A DNA stretch of 63,717 nt, counting the filler, from Octopus bimaculoides (Eukaryota), in the NCBI RefSeq assembly GCF_001194135.2. It is 4 parts of 4 records of this genome, joined end to end, with 100 filler letters (N's around TTAATTAATTAA, not from the genome) between each part and the next. Parts side by side here need not be neighbours in the genome. Positions count along the whole stretch, not along the records: positions 1 to 24,071 come from NC_069007.1; 3 more parts are not named here. One strand, written 5' to 3'. A model generated the notes under the pieces. The model was not told the DNA's origin, did no database searches, and saw only the letters and a program-made list of their open reading frames with translations. A program made the position numbers and the translations under genes. Below, in pieces: positions 1-11,027 of this stretch (positions are counted from its first letter, which is position 1; each line of letters starts with the position of its first letter).

Positions 1-31
<31 letters not shown>

Positions 32-34
<3 letters not shown>

Positions 35-195
35 GATGAGCTCCTTTCAGTTTCTGTCCACCAAATCCACTCACAAGGCTTTGGTCAGCGTAAAGCTATA
101 GTAGAATACACTTGCCCAAGGTGCCACTCATTGGAACCGAACCCGGAACCATGTGGTTTGGAAGCAAGTTTCTTACTACATACGCTTGCACCTAA
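32..195 (-). mobile_element. SINE family A (tRNA-like head, CORE-like CCTTGGGCAAGT box, internal microsatellite), 5' half
   Basis: Reverse complement matches the head/body seen intact at 40166-40325 and 54821-55236; abuts a (TA)n run. Confidence 0.85.
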
Positions 196-415
196 TTGTA
201 AGGATAATCTCAGGCAAATGTTTTTAATTCATTGTAACGATATATTTGGCTGTCATATTAATTCAATATTTATATAATTATTTTATTTCACCACTGAAGA
301 GCAAAAACAATGAGAAAATCCATGTAGCTTGACCTGCTAGAAACAACAGCTAAACAGCCTTCAACTCACATCCTCTTAAAATAAAATAACACCCCCTCAG
401 TTAATGCTGTCACAG

Positions 416-468
416 ACATACAAGAAGACAATTTCTTTTGAAGAATTTTCCAGAACCAATGAGATGAG
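416..468 (+). CDS. Candidate internal exon, unidentified protein (TYKKTISFEEFSRTNEMR)
   Basis: cacag| acceptor (alternative ctcag| at 400) and AG|gtaaac donor; only one frame is open; no homology recognised. Confidence 0.25.
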
Positions 469-585
469 GTAAACTGAGAAATGTTTAGTGTTCAAGCATA
501 AGAATTGTTCTGGCGGATGATAAATCTACAATTAAAACCATGATGTCTTGAATTTTGGGTGAAAACATTCACGTTACAGTTACAG

Positions 586-634
586 ATTCTATAACGGACA
601 TAATCCAATTATTGGAATTTACTCTCCAAATAAA
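586..634 (+). CDS. Candidate internal exon (FYNGHNPIIGIYSPNK)
   Basis: ttacag| acceptor and AAA|gtgtaa donor; phase-compatible with 416-468 and 2315-2452, but the donor is weak and overlaps a SINE target-site duplication. Confidence 0.2.
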
Positions 635-647
635 GTGTAAATTATTG

Positions 648-860
648 GTTTTAAGCTTTGGCACAAGGTCAGCAATTTTGGGGGAGGGAGTAGGTTGATT
701 ACATCAACCCCAGGATCCAACTGGTACTTATTTTATTGACCCCAAAGAATGAAAGGCAAAATCAACTTCAGCAGCACTTGAATGCAAAATGTAAAGACAG
801 ACAGAATGTTGCTAAACATTTACCCTGGGGCAGTAACAATTCTGCTACCTCACCACCTTA
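648..860 (-). mobile_element. SINE family B (tRNA-like head GGCGGCGAGCTGGCAGAATCGTTAG, central GCCTTTCATCC...GGGGTCGATAAA...GTACCAG domain)
   Basis: Matches the family B copies at 8015-8233 and 9026-9237; flanked by a near-perfect TSD aataaagt(g)taaattattg (629-647 / 861-878). Confidence 0.85.
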
Positions 861-934
861 AATAAAGTTAAATTATTGAGGCAGGATATGTGATATCCAC
901 TGGCTTGGGAACAAAATTTGCTTAATGGTTGCAA

Positions 935-1146
935 AACCAGGCCCCAAAATATTTACAAATAAGGTCATGTTTTTATTTATTTATTTATCTTTGTTCTTTG
1001 AGAAGAAATCTGAGTCACTTTTTACAGATTATTTTTTATTCAGTTTTCTAAGCCTGAGAAAAGTAAGTAAGGGGTACAAATTTTGATTTTGCTCCCTACG
1101 AAAATTTTAGTGGGTGTGCTCGCACCCCCTGCACCCAGGTCCATGG
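935..1146. mobile_element. Non-autonomous DNA-transposon-like repeat (second copy at 31895-32110)
   Basis: About 200 bp co-linear with 31895-32110 (tttacaaataaggtc...ctgagaaaagtaagta...gggtg..c.cgcacccc); ends resemble hAT-type termini. Confidence 0.55.
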
Positions 1147-1384
1147 TGACATCTACAGGCTTTCGGAAAGAACAAACAGTAAGAATATGGAGGTGTTTAT
1201 TGTGGAGGTTTCAGTCAAGAACTAACAAAGTTGAAGAATAAAATCTTGAAATTGAGAAAGGAACAAATTTTTTTCAGTGCCGTGTGAAAAACTCCCATGA
1301 CAGAGTCACATGAAGAATTGCCTTGCATGAAAACACCTGTGCAGGTGCTACATAAGAGAGCAAATCATGTTGGTGCCATGTACA

Positions 1385-1602
1385 AAAGCACCCATGCCAG
1401 TGCGACGTACGAAGGCACTTGTGTCAGTGCCACATAATAAACTACCCAGAACACTCAGTAATGTATGGTGTTAGGAAGGGCATCCAGCTATAGAAACGAT
1501 GGCCAAAATAGACAACTGGGGCCTGGTGCAGCCCTCCAGCTTGCCTGCACCTGTCAAGCCATCCATGCCGGCATGGAAAACAAACATCAAAAGATGATGA
1601 TC
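1385..1602 (+). mobile_element. RTE LINE 3' UTR/tail fragment
   Basis: ggtgttaggaagggcatccagc...ccatgccggcatggaaaac...gatgatga is shared with the inverted tail of the RTE at 43720-43900. Confidence 0.65.
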
Positions 1603-1760
1603 TGCATTGACATAATTCCCATCATATTGAACTTTACCAGTTTTACATCATCTCCCACACAAGACAAAAAAAATACAAGCATTTTGCTTAGAAGGTGTTG
1701 CAACAAACTGTTATGATAGACAGGAGGTGGTCAACAAGAGAGATATTTGGTCCCATTATA

Positions 1761-1877
1761 CAGGGTGGGGCAAAATGAGCTGACACATTTGTAAGTTTAA
1801 TGAAAGCGAAATAGAGAAAAGAATGGAAAAAATGTTATTAAACTTACAGATGTATCAGGTCATTTTGCCCCACCCCG
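1761..1877. mobile_element. Tc1/mariner-type MITE (117 bp)
   Basis: About 41-bp imperfect TIRs (cagggtggggcaaaatga... / ...tcattttgccccaccccg) flanked by TA at 1759-1760 and 1878-1879. Confidence 0.85.
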
Positions 1878-2314
1878 TACTTTTCTCCAAGATAATCCAT
1901 GATTAATCCATGATTAATCCAAAGACAATGTGAATAAATAAGCATCACATTTGATAGAGTAATGGGGTTAAATGAGTGCTAATGAGTTAAATGAGTGAAG
2001 TTACCATTTTATAGACACTTCCTTCAGAATTCCAATTTCTGTTTTTTTCACACATCTACTTGAGACAAGTGCTTGACAAAATAGGCCAAACTAGTGGTCG
2101 GACGTGTTCGTTACAGCTCTGAACAGTCAGCTGGAGACACAGGAATGCAATTATAACCCAGTTGTACATTTGAATTCGTCATTCAAAATAACTTTAAAAA
2201 CCTCAAATTCTTCAATTTTCTGTGAGTATAAGTGTTTGCTTTTGTAATTCAAATACATACACATCTCCTCTACCACAAGAACACTTCTAAATGCTAATAG
2301 ATGTCTGACTTAAG

Positions 2315-2452
2315 CAGCTTCATCTTACAAGAGCACAATTATTTGAGAGACCATGTTCCACACCACTGAGTCAAGTTTATTCATTTCAAAATATTTCTTT
2401 CCTGGAGGAAAGGGGTGAGGAAGAGATACCAGTTTTAGGCATACCGACAGAA
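2315..2452 (+). CDS. Candidate internal exon (QLHLTRAQLFERPCSTPLSQVYSFQNISFLEERGEEEIPVLGIPTE)
   Basis: ttaag| acceptor, GAA|gtgtgt donor (alternative GGG|gtgagg at 2414/2415); the frame stays open for about 80 codons in non-repetitive DNA; no homology recognised. Confidence 0.3.
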
Positions 2453-3144
2453 GTGTGTCTCCCACTCCTCAATTATCTCCTTGTGACTTTCAGAAAAACA
2501 GGCAATTTTAATGAAATTTTCTACAAACACTTTCCAAGTAGAATAGATATCAGAATTTAATGGGAAAAAAATTGGTGCATGCCAGGAACGTACCACCTAG
2601 AATAAAATAGGTTGATAGCAATATTTTCCTCTCATGGCAAAGCATACACCCAATTCAATAAAATTATGAAGGTTACTCAGATTACTACGCATAAAATGCA
2701 AAACAGTTTTTTTTTTTGCAGATTAGGTAGGCATAATTCACCCCCTGCTTTGCAATCTCAGTACTGCTGTAGTACACGTGCAGCGTACATTCTTACAACA
2801 ACGTTTTCTTTACACGCTATAAAGGCAGAAGTAAATCTGCCTTCAACTCAGTCACATGCCTGTGTTTTTGCTTATCTTTTGTGTGTTTTACTACATAAAG
2901 GTCACCAACTGCCTACCCTGAGTAATTACTGACAGCACATGCCTGGTGCAGGCATATACATACATATTGACACACATCATGTAGAAAATTGTTTTGTGTT
3001 AGTATGTATGTGGTTCATGTCCAACTTTCACTGGTATACTTTCCACCCGTTTCCTGACTAGCATTAACCTTTGTTTTTTGACTGCTGATTCTCAGCTCTG
3101 TCTTTGCTGCTTCCCTTTCCATTTTTGTTGTCCTTTCTTGTAAG

Positions 3145-3496
3145 ACTCCTGCATGCTTATCAAGACAGAATGACAAATGAAGCCATTCTTCAAGCAGCAA
3201 GAGTAAGGCTCCTGCATGGAACTGTAACCGAATGAGGAATGAGAATGACTGGACACATACTAAGTCTCCCAGGGGAGAGGCTTGCCAAAACAACCATGGG
3301 CTGGATACTGCTGGAAGATAAGAGAAAAAGAGGCCGGCCAAGGAAGACATGGCATAGTACCTTCGAAGAAGACCTACACAGACTGAACATCAGCTGGGAA
3401 GAAGCATACTGGATGGCCAGAGACGGAAATAATTGGCTATTACTGACTGCTTGATGTGCTGTTCAAAGGTACCAATGGACCGAAGAAGAAGAAGGA
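3145..3496 (+). mobile_element. 5'-truncated RTE LINE, ORF C-terminus plus (GAA)n tail
   Basis: Translation DRMTNEAIL...GHILSLPGERLAKTTMGW...KRKRGRPRKTWHSTFEEDL...NISWEEA...ARDGNNW is typical of the RTE C-terminus. Confidence 0.85.
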
Positions 3497-3794
3497 TGTA
3501 CATGTGTGCACCTACCAATTTTTCTTGTGTCTTTTTTTTACATTAAATTCCAATATAATCATAATTTATATCATCTGTAGAAAATTTCGTAACAAAATAC
3601 CCATTTTTCTTAATTTTATTCTTTATTTTTTTTAAAATCATTTTACTTGTTTCAGTCATCAGACTGCAGCCATGCTGGAGCACTGCCTTGAAGGCTTTTT
3701 TAGTCAAAGAAATCAACCCCAGATTGTTCATCATTTTTTTTCAGTCTGTGGAGAAATGGCTAAAATTTGCCCTGTTTATAATTATACCATATGT

Positions 3795-3830
<36 letters not shown>

Positions 3831-4033
3831 AAAGAAAACAAAAGAAAATGGAGATTTGGAAGTTAATGCTCGATAAACATTAAATTTACATTCATGTGAC
3901 ATGAGCATAATATCAACAGAGGGAAAAAGATGTACATTTGGATGCTATACGTGTGTTTGTGAATTCATTTTAGCAGACTGAATGTTACGGTTTATGAAGA
4001 CAACTAATTTGCTGTTAATAATAAACAATTATG

Positions 4034-4166
4034 AAGGCGGCAAGCTTGCAGAATCGTTAGCATGCTGGGCGAAATGCTTAGAGGTATTTCGTCTGTCTTT
4101 ACATTCTGAGTTCAAATTTCACCCGGCATGCTAACGTTTCTGCCAGCTCGCCACCATCATAATTGT
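4034..4166 (+). mobile_element. SINE family B head followed by an inverted copy of the head and its 5' flank
   Basis: 4024-4075 is the imperfect reverse complement of 4117-4166. Confidence 0.75.
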
Positions 4167-4494
4167 TGATGCTTTTATATTCCCATAACTTAGCAGTTTA
4201 GCAAAAGAGACCGATAGGATAAGTACTAAGCTTAAAAAAAGAAAAAGAAAAAAACAATCACTTGTATTAGGTCTCAGAGCTGTCACAGACTTCATTAATT
4301 TCCGTAAAAAGTTTCTATCTATTTACTTTTGTTTTCATGACATGTTGAAGGCAACATTTGCTTTGAAGCCAGTGGAAAGTGAAACAGATGATAGAGTGAG
4401 CGAGCGTGCATGCACACACACACACACACACTGACATTCATGTTCATGACTTGAATAATGAAACACATTCACACAATCTATGTAATGTATGTAT

Positions 4495-4757
4495 GTCATG
4501 TCACATGACCGACCGGACAATCAGATGTTACGCATTGCTACTCACAATGCACTTTGCATTGTTTTAGCCATAAGATGACAGCACCCCACTGGCTAGGCGA
4601 GTAGGCCAACACTCCCCCTTGACCGGAAAGGAGACTGGAGCAATGGGAAATGAAATGTTTTGCTCAAGAACACAACGACTGCACAGTCTGGAAATCGAAC
4701 CCACGATCTAGCGATCATGAGTGCAACAGACTAACCAGTAGGCCTTGCGCCTTTACT
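4495..4757 (-). mobile_element. SINE family D (tRNA-like head, gtgttcttgagcaaaac core-like box, (ACAT)n tail)
   Basis: Minus strand aaggcgcaaggcctactggttag...gtgggttcgatttccagac has A/B-box-like motifs and ends in a catgacatacatac tail. Confidence 0.65.
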
Positions 4758-4789
4758 GTATGTATGTTATGTATGTGTATATGAAACAT

Positions 4790-4922
4790 AATGGGTGTAT
4801 GTATGTAATGTGTATATGAAACGTGTATATGAAACTTAATGGGTGAATGTGTGTGTGTGTTCGTATGTGTGTGTGTGTCGATGTGCAAGCATGTTGTGCT
4901 TTACATATTTGTATTCAATCAT

Positions 4923-4958
<36 letters not shown>

Positions 4959-5270
4959 GCTTGCACAATGAATGTATGTATGTACGTGTATATGAAAGAT
5001 AATGGGTATATGTGTGTGCAAGCATGTTCAGCTTTATGTATCTGTATTTACTGACATATGCACACGTATACACAAATACACATGTATACCCATTATCTAC
5101 CATATATATGTACATACATAAATATATACATACATTCTTTGTGCAAGTGTATGTTTGTGTGTGTGTGTGTGTGTGTATGAATGAATACAAATACATAAAA
5201 CTCAACACACACACACACACACACGTTCACCCATTATCTTTCATTCATACATACATACATACATACATAC
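4790..5270. repeat. Microsatellite-rich foldback (direct plus inverted repeats)
   Basis: gataatgggtatatgtgtg vs cacatgtatacccattatc, and aatgggtgaatgtgtg vs cacacgttcacccatt, are inverted about a centre near 5060; supplied ORFs 4839+ and 4915- translate similarly. Confidence 0.65.
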
Positions 5271-6714
5271 ACACATGCATACACACATACATTGTGCGAG
5301 TGTACTTCACTACTCAAGCCATGAATATGAAACTCAATGGCTGTGTGTGACATATCATGAAAGCAAAAATAAATAAAAAAAGTTTTACGGAAATTAAAGA
5401 ACAACCAGCTGTAAAATCATTGACAGGTCTGAGACCAAATACAAGTAATTGCCAAAGAAATAAAAATAAGCACTGGGGTCGATTCATCCATTCGACTGAA
5501 GATTCAAGGCAGCGCCCCAGCATGGCCACAGTCTAATGAGTGAAACATGTAAAAAATAAAAGGGATCTATTTGGTTTGGTTGCCAGCAGTTCAAAAATTA
5601 AAATTTATCAAAGATTTTAAAATTTGGCACATTAATATACTTTTCCAAGCTGAATTGCTAGAGTTATTTCACTTTTTCCAGAAAAATGTTTTTAAAAATG
5701 TTTAAAGTTTGATTATTTTCACCCAGTAAGGAAACAGAAGTTGGAGGCTATCATTTTGTCAACATCCTGAAAATAGCACATATTGTCAAGAAAGAGTAAA
5801 GAATACATCTTTTGTAGTTTTAAGCATTGCGATAGCACAAACTTAAAAAAGATTTATCCAAAAACGTTATTTAGCTGTTATTTTTAACACACCTCACAAC
5901 CACCTCAATGACAAGAAGAAAAAACAAGTAAACAATACATATTTCGTAGTTTTAAGCATTCAATATGCATTTAATGTGATAACATAAACTTAAAAGATTT
6001 ATCTAAAAACAAAATAGCCCAATACAAATTAACTATTTTATAAAAAAAAACAAGCATTTTGTTGACCAGTTCATAAATTCACGTGCTCAATTGTCAATAG
6101 ATAGGTAAAACAAGTGGTTTCAATATATGTGTTAACACATGCTTTCTCGCAGACAAAAGAGTTCCCATGTTCTGCTTGTTACTATGAAAACAGACATGAA
6201 TGTGTCTGTGGCTTACAATTGGCTAAAATGACCCAAAATTTTCAAACTATAATTTCTAATAACTCTTTATTGATTTATAGCGAAAATGATTTTAACATTA
6301 TTCATTGGCCTATTAAAAGTGTAGCATTACACTGGATATGAAATCAATTCGAACAAAATTGATGCTGGCAGCCAAACCGAATAGATCCAATAAAAGATTA
6401 CTTTAATGAAATTTCCAGGCTTCTGGTTTCTTCCGAAATGAAGTGAAATTTTTTAAAAATTAGTTTCCAAAAGCAGCAGAGAACAGAAAAGATCCGAGAA
6501 TTCTTCAAGTTTAAATCAGTTGGTCTTAACTTGGTTTCGTTTATTTATCATTTTGCTGGATAAAATTGTTGGGTTAGATTAGAAACGAAAGATGTAAACT
6601 TTGGGTAAATTTTCTTATTTCTGAGAAATGTTGACGGAAGTAAATCACCAGAGATATCAACAGCTTTTGGAATTGAAGGAAACTCGTAAAATACAGAGTT
6701 CAATGATGAATTAA

Positions 6715-7790
6715 TATTTCCAAGTCAATAAGTCTGATTTGTATGTTACTGGGCATTTTTGTAAAAATGGTTTTATAAATAAACATCAGTGTGCTGTTGT
6801 CTTCAATAGCAAAATCACAAAAAAAGAAACTTCTTTCAAATGACTCTTACAGTAACTTGAATTATTTTTAGACATATGTTATAAAAGATCTGTTATCTTC
6901 AACACATTCTCTCTGTTCTTTCAAGGACAAAAATCAGTTAAAATTATTTTCTAGTTAAGAGAGGAACAGTTATCATTTCACCTTGACTATCATTTACTGA
7001 ACAACGAAAACATTTCTTCTTGTCCTGCTGTTTTCAAATTTATGTAATTGACAAAATACGCTATTTGAAATAACCAGTCGTTACTAAATAAAAATACTCC
7101 TACTTCAAACAGTTCTTTTTTTATTTTTTATTTTTTACCTCCTAGAAAATTCTAAACTGTATTTTTCAGTTTCCAAAGTCTTCTCAGAACCTGTCCACTA
7201 GAAAGAAAGACCACCTCACTAAAGATGTTCATCATATTCCAATCTAACATTTTCAAATATTCTTAAATTCTTATATTTCATATAGTTGCTCTGATGTCTA
7301 ATTTTATTCACATATTTCACAACCGTTAATATAACACATAGCAAGTTTAAAATTTGTTTTTTCTCCACACAACTTGATAAAGGAATTTTAGTCAAGACTG
7401 TTCTAAAAAGTTGTAGTACGAATACTGGTGAATTTACAGAAATGTGCTTCTAGATTTACCAAATACAACTTCATCTTCTCAGGAATGCCAAATCCAGTGT
7501 AAGAAAGACCTTTCACTTGTTCAAATAAAGCATGACAGTTTTTCAGTTAGTCCTGTATCAGTTTGCTTTGATAGAACAATTTCAGTTACTTTTCTTTCAA
7601 AATGTCTTCATCAGCAAGACATCTTGCAAATATTTGGAGACAATCCCTACAAATTTCTACTCCAAAGTTAAATTTCGGTTTTGTTACATTTTTCTTACTT
7701 TTTTCTCTACCAGCAATTTCGTATAATTCTTCATTCAGAGCCAGAATTTTACATCTGTATTGTTTGATTTCCATTATTTTAGTCACATGA
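6715..7790 (-). pseudogene. Decayed hAT transposase (Buster/Charlie/SPIN lineage, GTF2IRD2/ZBED8-like domain)
   Basis: Minus-strand translation across frameshifts gives the family motifs in order: CLQIFARCLADEDILKEK, VILTVVKYVNKIR, EVVFLSSGQVLRRLWKLK (cf. EVRWLSRGxVL), DWLFQIAYF, MPSNIQIRLIDLE. Confidence 0.7.
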
Positions 7791-8233
7791 AGGCAGCGAG
7801 CTGGTAGAAACGTTAGCACGCGGAATGCTTAGCGGTATTTCATCTGCTGTTATGTTCTGAGTTTAAATTCCACCAAGGTCGACTTTGCCTTTCATACTTT
7901 CGGGGTCGATAATTTAAGTACCAGTTGCACACTGGGGTCAATCTAATTAACTGGACCCTCACCCCAAAATTTTGGGCCTTGTACCTAGAGTAGAAAAAAA
8001 TATCGGAAAATGTATAAGACGGCGAGCTGGCAGAAACATTACCAGAAACTGGGTGAAATGCTTAGCGGTATTTTGCCTGTCTTTATGTTCTGAGTTCAAA
8101 TTCTGCCAAAGTCAACTTTGCCTTTCATGTTTTTGGGGTTGATAAATTAAGTACCAGTTGCGTACTAGGGTCCATCTAATCGACTGGCCCCCTCCCCCAA
8201 AATTTCGGGCCTTGTGCCTAGAGTAGAAAAGAA
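7790..8233 (+). mobile_element. Head-to-tail dimer of SINE family B
   Basis: Two full copies (about 7790-8000 and 8015-8233); the pair is flanked by tattttagtca at 7775-7785 and 8234-8244. Confidence 0.85.
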
Positions 8234-8244
8234 TATTTTAGTCA

Positions 8245-9545
8245 TGTGTTCTTTCCAGCTCGTCATAAAAAGAGTCCTTGACATCTTCATGTCAGTCAAG
8301 AGACAGTGCAAACACACTGATACAGTGGTTAGTTTAACCTCCAGCCACAGAGTCATCAGTCTTTCATTGATACCAACTGGTATCTCAGGAAGTTTGGGAA
8401 GCAGTGTGTTCCTGGTGGTTAAGCCCACACCATATATGCACTGCTCGTTCCTTGGAAAACCTTTCCAGAAAAAACATGTAGCCAAAAGCTTCTGTTACAA
8501 ATCCTTCTTTAGCAAAGCAAGTTTCGCTGAGAGCCACAATATCGATTTCATATCGGGTGAGTTCAGTGCAATGAGTGCAGTCCAACATCAGGGTGGGTCT
8601 ATGGTTGTGGTATCAATCTGTCTTTCCATTAGTGTATGAACATTCCAGCAGGCAACTTTCAGAAGAACTTCATGCTTCTTTTGCACAGTTCGACTGCAGA
8701 AGGTGATGTTTTGGTGGGTGCAATTATCCACCCGAATGTATAGGAATGAACAATGTTTAGCCCACCTTTTCTAGGACCTTCCTCAACTGAAGCAAGGGGT
8801 ATGAATCCAAAAGAGGGTTGCTTAGTCACACATGGAGTTGTTGAGGGAGGTTGTCATTTCCGCTTCCAACCTCAAGCACCTATCAACCATGTGCCGCCTA
8901 TGTGAAGGGGCCACACTAGAGACTTCCAGATCCATCCTGATCTGACCCCTGTCATGAAGCACCCCACTGACGCAGGGCTTGAAAGGAGGATGAAAGGATG
9001 AGTCCTGCACAAATGATAAGATTCTTTTCTACTCTAGGTACAAGGGCCGAAATTTTGGGTGCAGGTGCCGGTCGATTAGATCGACCCAGTACGCAACTGG
9101 TACTTAATTTATTGACCCTGGAAGGATGAAAGGCAAAATCGACCTCATCAGAATTTGAACTCAGAATATAAAGACAGACAAAATACCACTAAGCATTTCG
9201 CCCGGCATGCTAACGATTCTGCCAGTTCGCCGCCTTGCAAATGATAAGATTCTAGAAAAGCTGGAAACATACAAAGACCAGCCACACAAACTTCATCTTC
9301 AGAGAAGCCGTTCTGGAATAGGGTCCATATGGGGATTACAGGAGCTGCTGAATATTCAGTCTATCAGAGATCATTTCGATGCCCACTCTCCAGGCATGTG
9401 TGAGGGACGACAACAGCCTGTGCCATTGCTTTGACAGCTCTTATTTTTAGTACCGCAGGAAACCCAGACGAGCTGGGTGGGGTTGCCGGTTTAGTCACTG
9501 ATGGCTCAACCCTGACAACGGATATAAATTACATGGTTACCGTAG
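8245..9545 (-). mobile_element. 5' portion of an RTE (BovB-like) LINE: 5' UTR plus APE endonuclease N-terminus, interrupted by a SINE
   Basis: 8245-8665 translates with frameshifts to LKVACWNVHTLM...ELTRYEIDIVALSETCFAKEG...FFWKG..RNEQCIYGVG...PVGINERLMTL. Confidence 0.85.
9026..9237 (-). mobile_element. SINE family B inserted into the RTE 5' region
   Basis: Perfect 16-bp TSD caaatgataagattct at 9010-9025 and 9238-9253. Confidence 0.9.
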
Positions 9546-9585
9546 CACCTTTTGCCAATCAGGATGCTCAGGCCACATCTCTTGG

Positions 9586-10015
9586 ATGAAATGCTTAGCA
9601 GTATTTCACCCCGACGGGTGAAATACTGCTAAGCATTTCATTTGTTCTGAGTTCAAATTCCGTCAAGGTCAACTTCACCTTTCATCCTTTCGGGGTTGAT
9701 AAATTAAATACTAGTGAAATACTGGGGTCAATCAATGTAATCGACTTGTCCTCTCCCCCAAATTTAAAGCCTTGTACCTTTAGTAGAAAGGATTATTATT
9801 ATTAAGGTGGCAAGCCAGCAGAATCGTTAGCATGCCGGGAAATATGCTTAGCAGCATTTCATCTGTCTTTACATTCTGAGTTCAAATTCCACAGAGGTCG
9901 ACTTTGCCTTTCATCCTTTTGGTGTCAATGAAATAAGTACCAGCAGAACACTAAGGGTGATGTAATCGACTAGTCCCCTCACCCAAATTTCAGGCCTATA
10001 GAAAGGATTATTATT
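9586..10015 (+). mobile_element. Dimer of SINE family B; the first head is replaced by a perfect hairpin
   Basis: Copies at about 9586-9800 and 9805-10015; 9586-9611 is the exact reverse complement of 9616-9641. Confidence 0.8.
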
Positions 10016-10340
10016 ATCAAAACTGTGAGTTTTGTGTTGGCACTTACGAATGCACGAAAACGACACTTTCAGTCCTTGAGTCACTGTGTGTGTGTGAGAG
10101 AGAGAGAGAGACATTGGTCATGGTAAATGCAGTAAGCCTCAAACAGACAAGGCTTGTATAGATAACTCAAAGGAGATATCTGATCAATATGGTTTATTAA
10201 ACAATATATCCAATACACTTGGTCACATATCGAATACATACATATTCATTTTTGTATTTGGTTTTCAAGATTCTTTACATGAATTCGTGTGTTGAAGCAT
10301 AATTTATTGTATCTAGGGAGAGTTATTCTGTTTTAACGCC

Positions 10341-10550
10341 TTACTCTTTTACTTGTTTCAGTCATTTGACTGTGGCCATGCTGGAGCACCGCCTTTAGTC
10401 GAGCGAACCAGCCCCAAGATTTATCCTTTGTAAGCCTAGTACTTATTCTATCAGTCCCTTTTGCCAAACTGCTAAGTTACGGGGACGTAAACACACCAGC
10501 ACCAGTTGTCAAGCGATGTTGGGGGGACAAACACAGACACACAAACATAT

Positions 10551-10581
<31 letters not shown>

Positions 10582-10729
10582 CATATATACGACGGGCTTC
10601 TTTCAGTTTCCATCTACCAAATCCACTCAAAAGGCTTTGGTGGGCCTGAGGCTAGGTGCCACGCAGTGAGACTGAACCCAGAACTATGCGGTTCGTAAGC
10701 AAGCTACTTACCACACAGCTACTCCGACG
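10341..10729 (-). mobile_element. SINE family A, near full length
   Basis: Head, CORE-like box (partly deleted), internal (CA)(TA) microsatellite and the 3' tail ...gactgaaacaagtaaaagagtaa. Confidence 0.9.
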
Positions 10730-10926
10730 CCTTATTAATTAACACACTCACTGGTTCAATTTCCACCCATTTATTATTTCGTTTTTCTAAAATTTTCGTT
10801 GCTTCTTGCAACTTCTTCAATAGTCGTCAATGACTATTGAAGTGGTTGCAAGAAGCAACAAAAATTTAAGAAAAAATACAAGTAAATACGTGGAAATCGA
10901 ACTGGTGAGTGTGTTAATTAATAAGG
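10730..10926. mobile_element. Palindromic MITE (197 bp)
   Basis: ccttattaattaacacactcac...ttcaatagtc is the near reverse complement of gactattgaag...gtgagtgtgttaattaataagg. Confidence 0.85.
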
Positions 10927-11027
10927 TATTAAAACAGACTGACTCACCCCAGACACAATAATAGATAGATAGATAGATAGATATGTATACACACATTAAT
11001 CGAAATTTATAGTATTATATATCCATG

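Noticed and set aside
1158-1177. 20-nt micro-exon candidate (ctacag|...|gtaaga)
   Set aside because: It is not phase-compatible with the neighbouring candidates and is easily explained by chance
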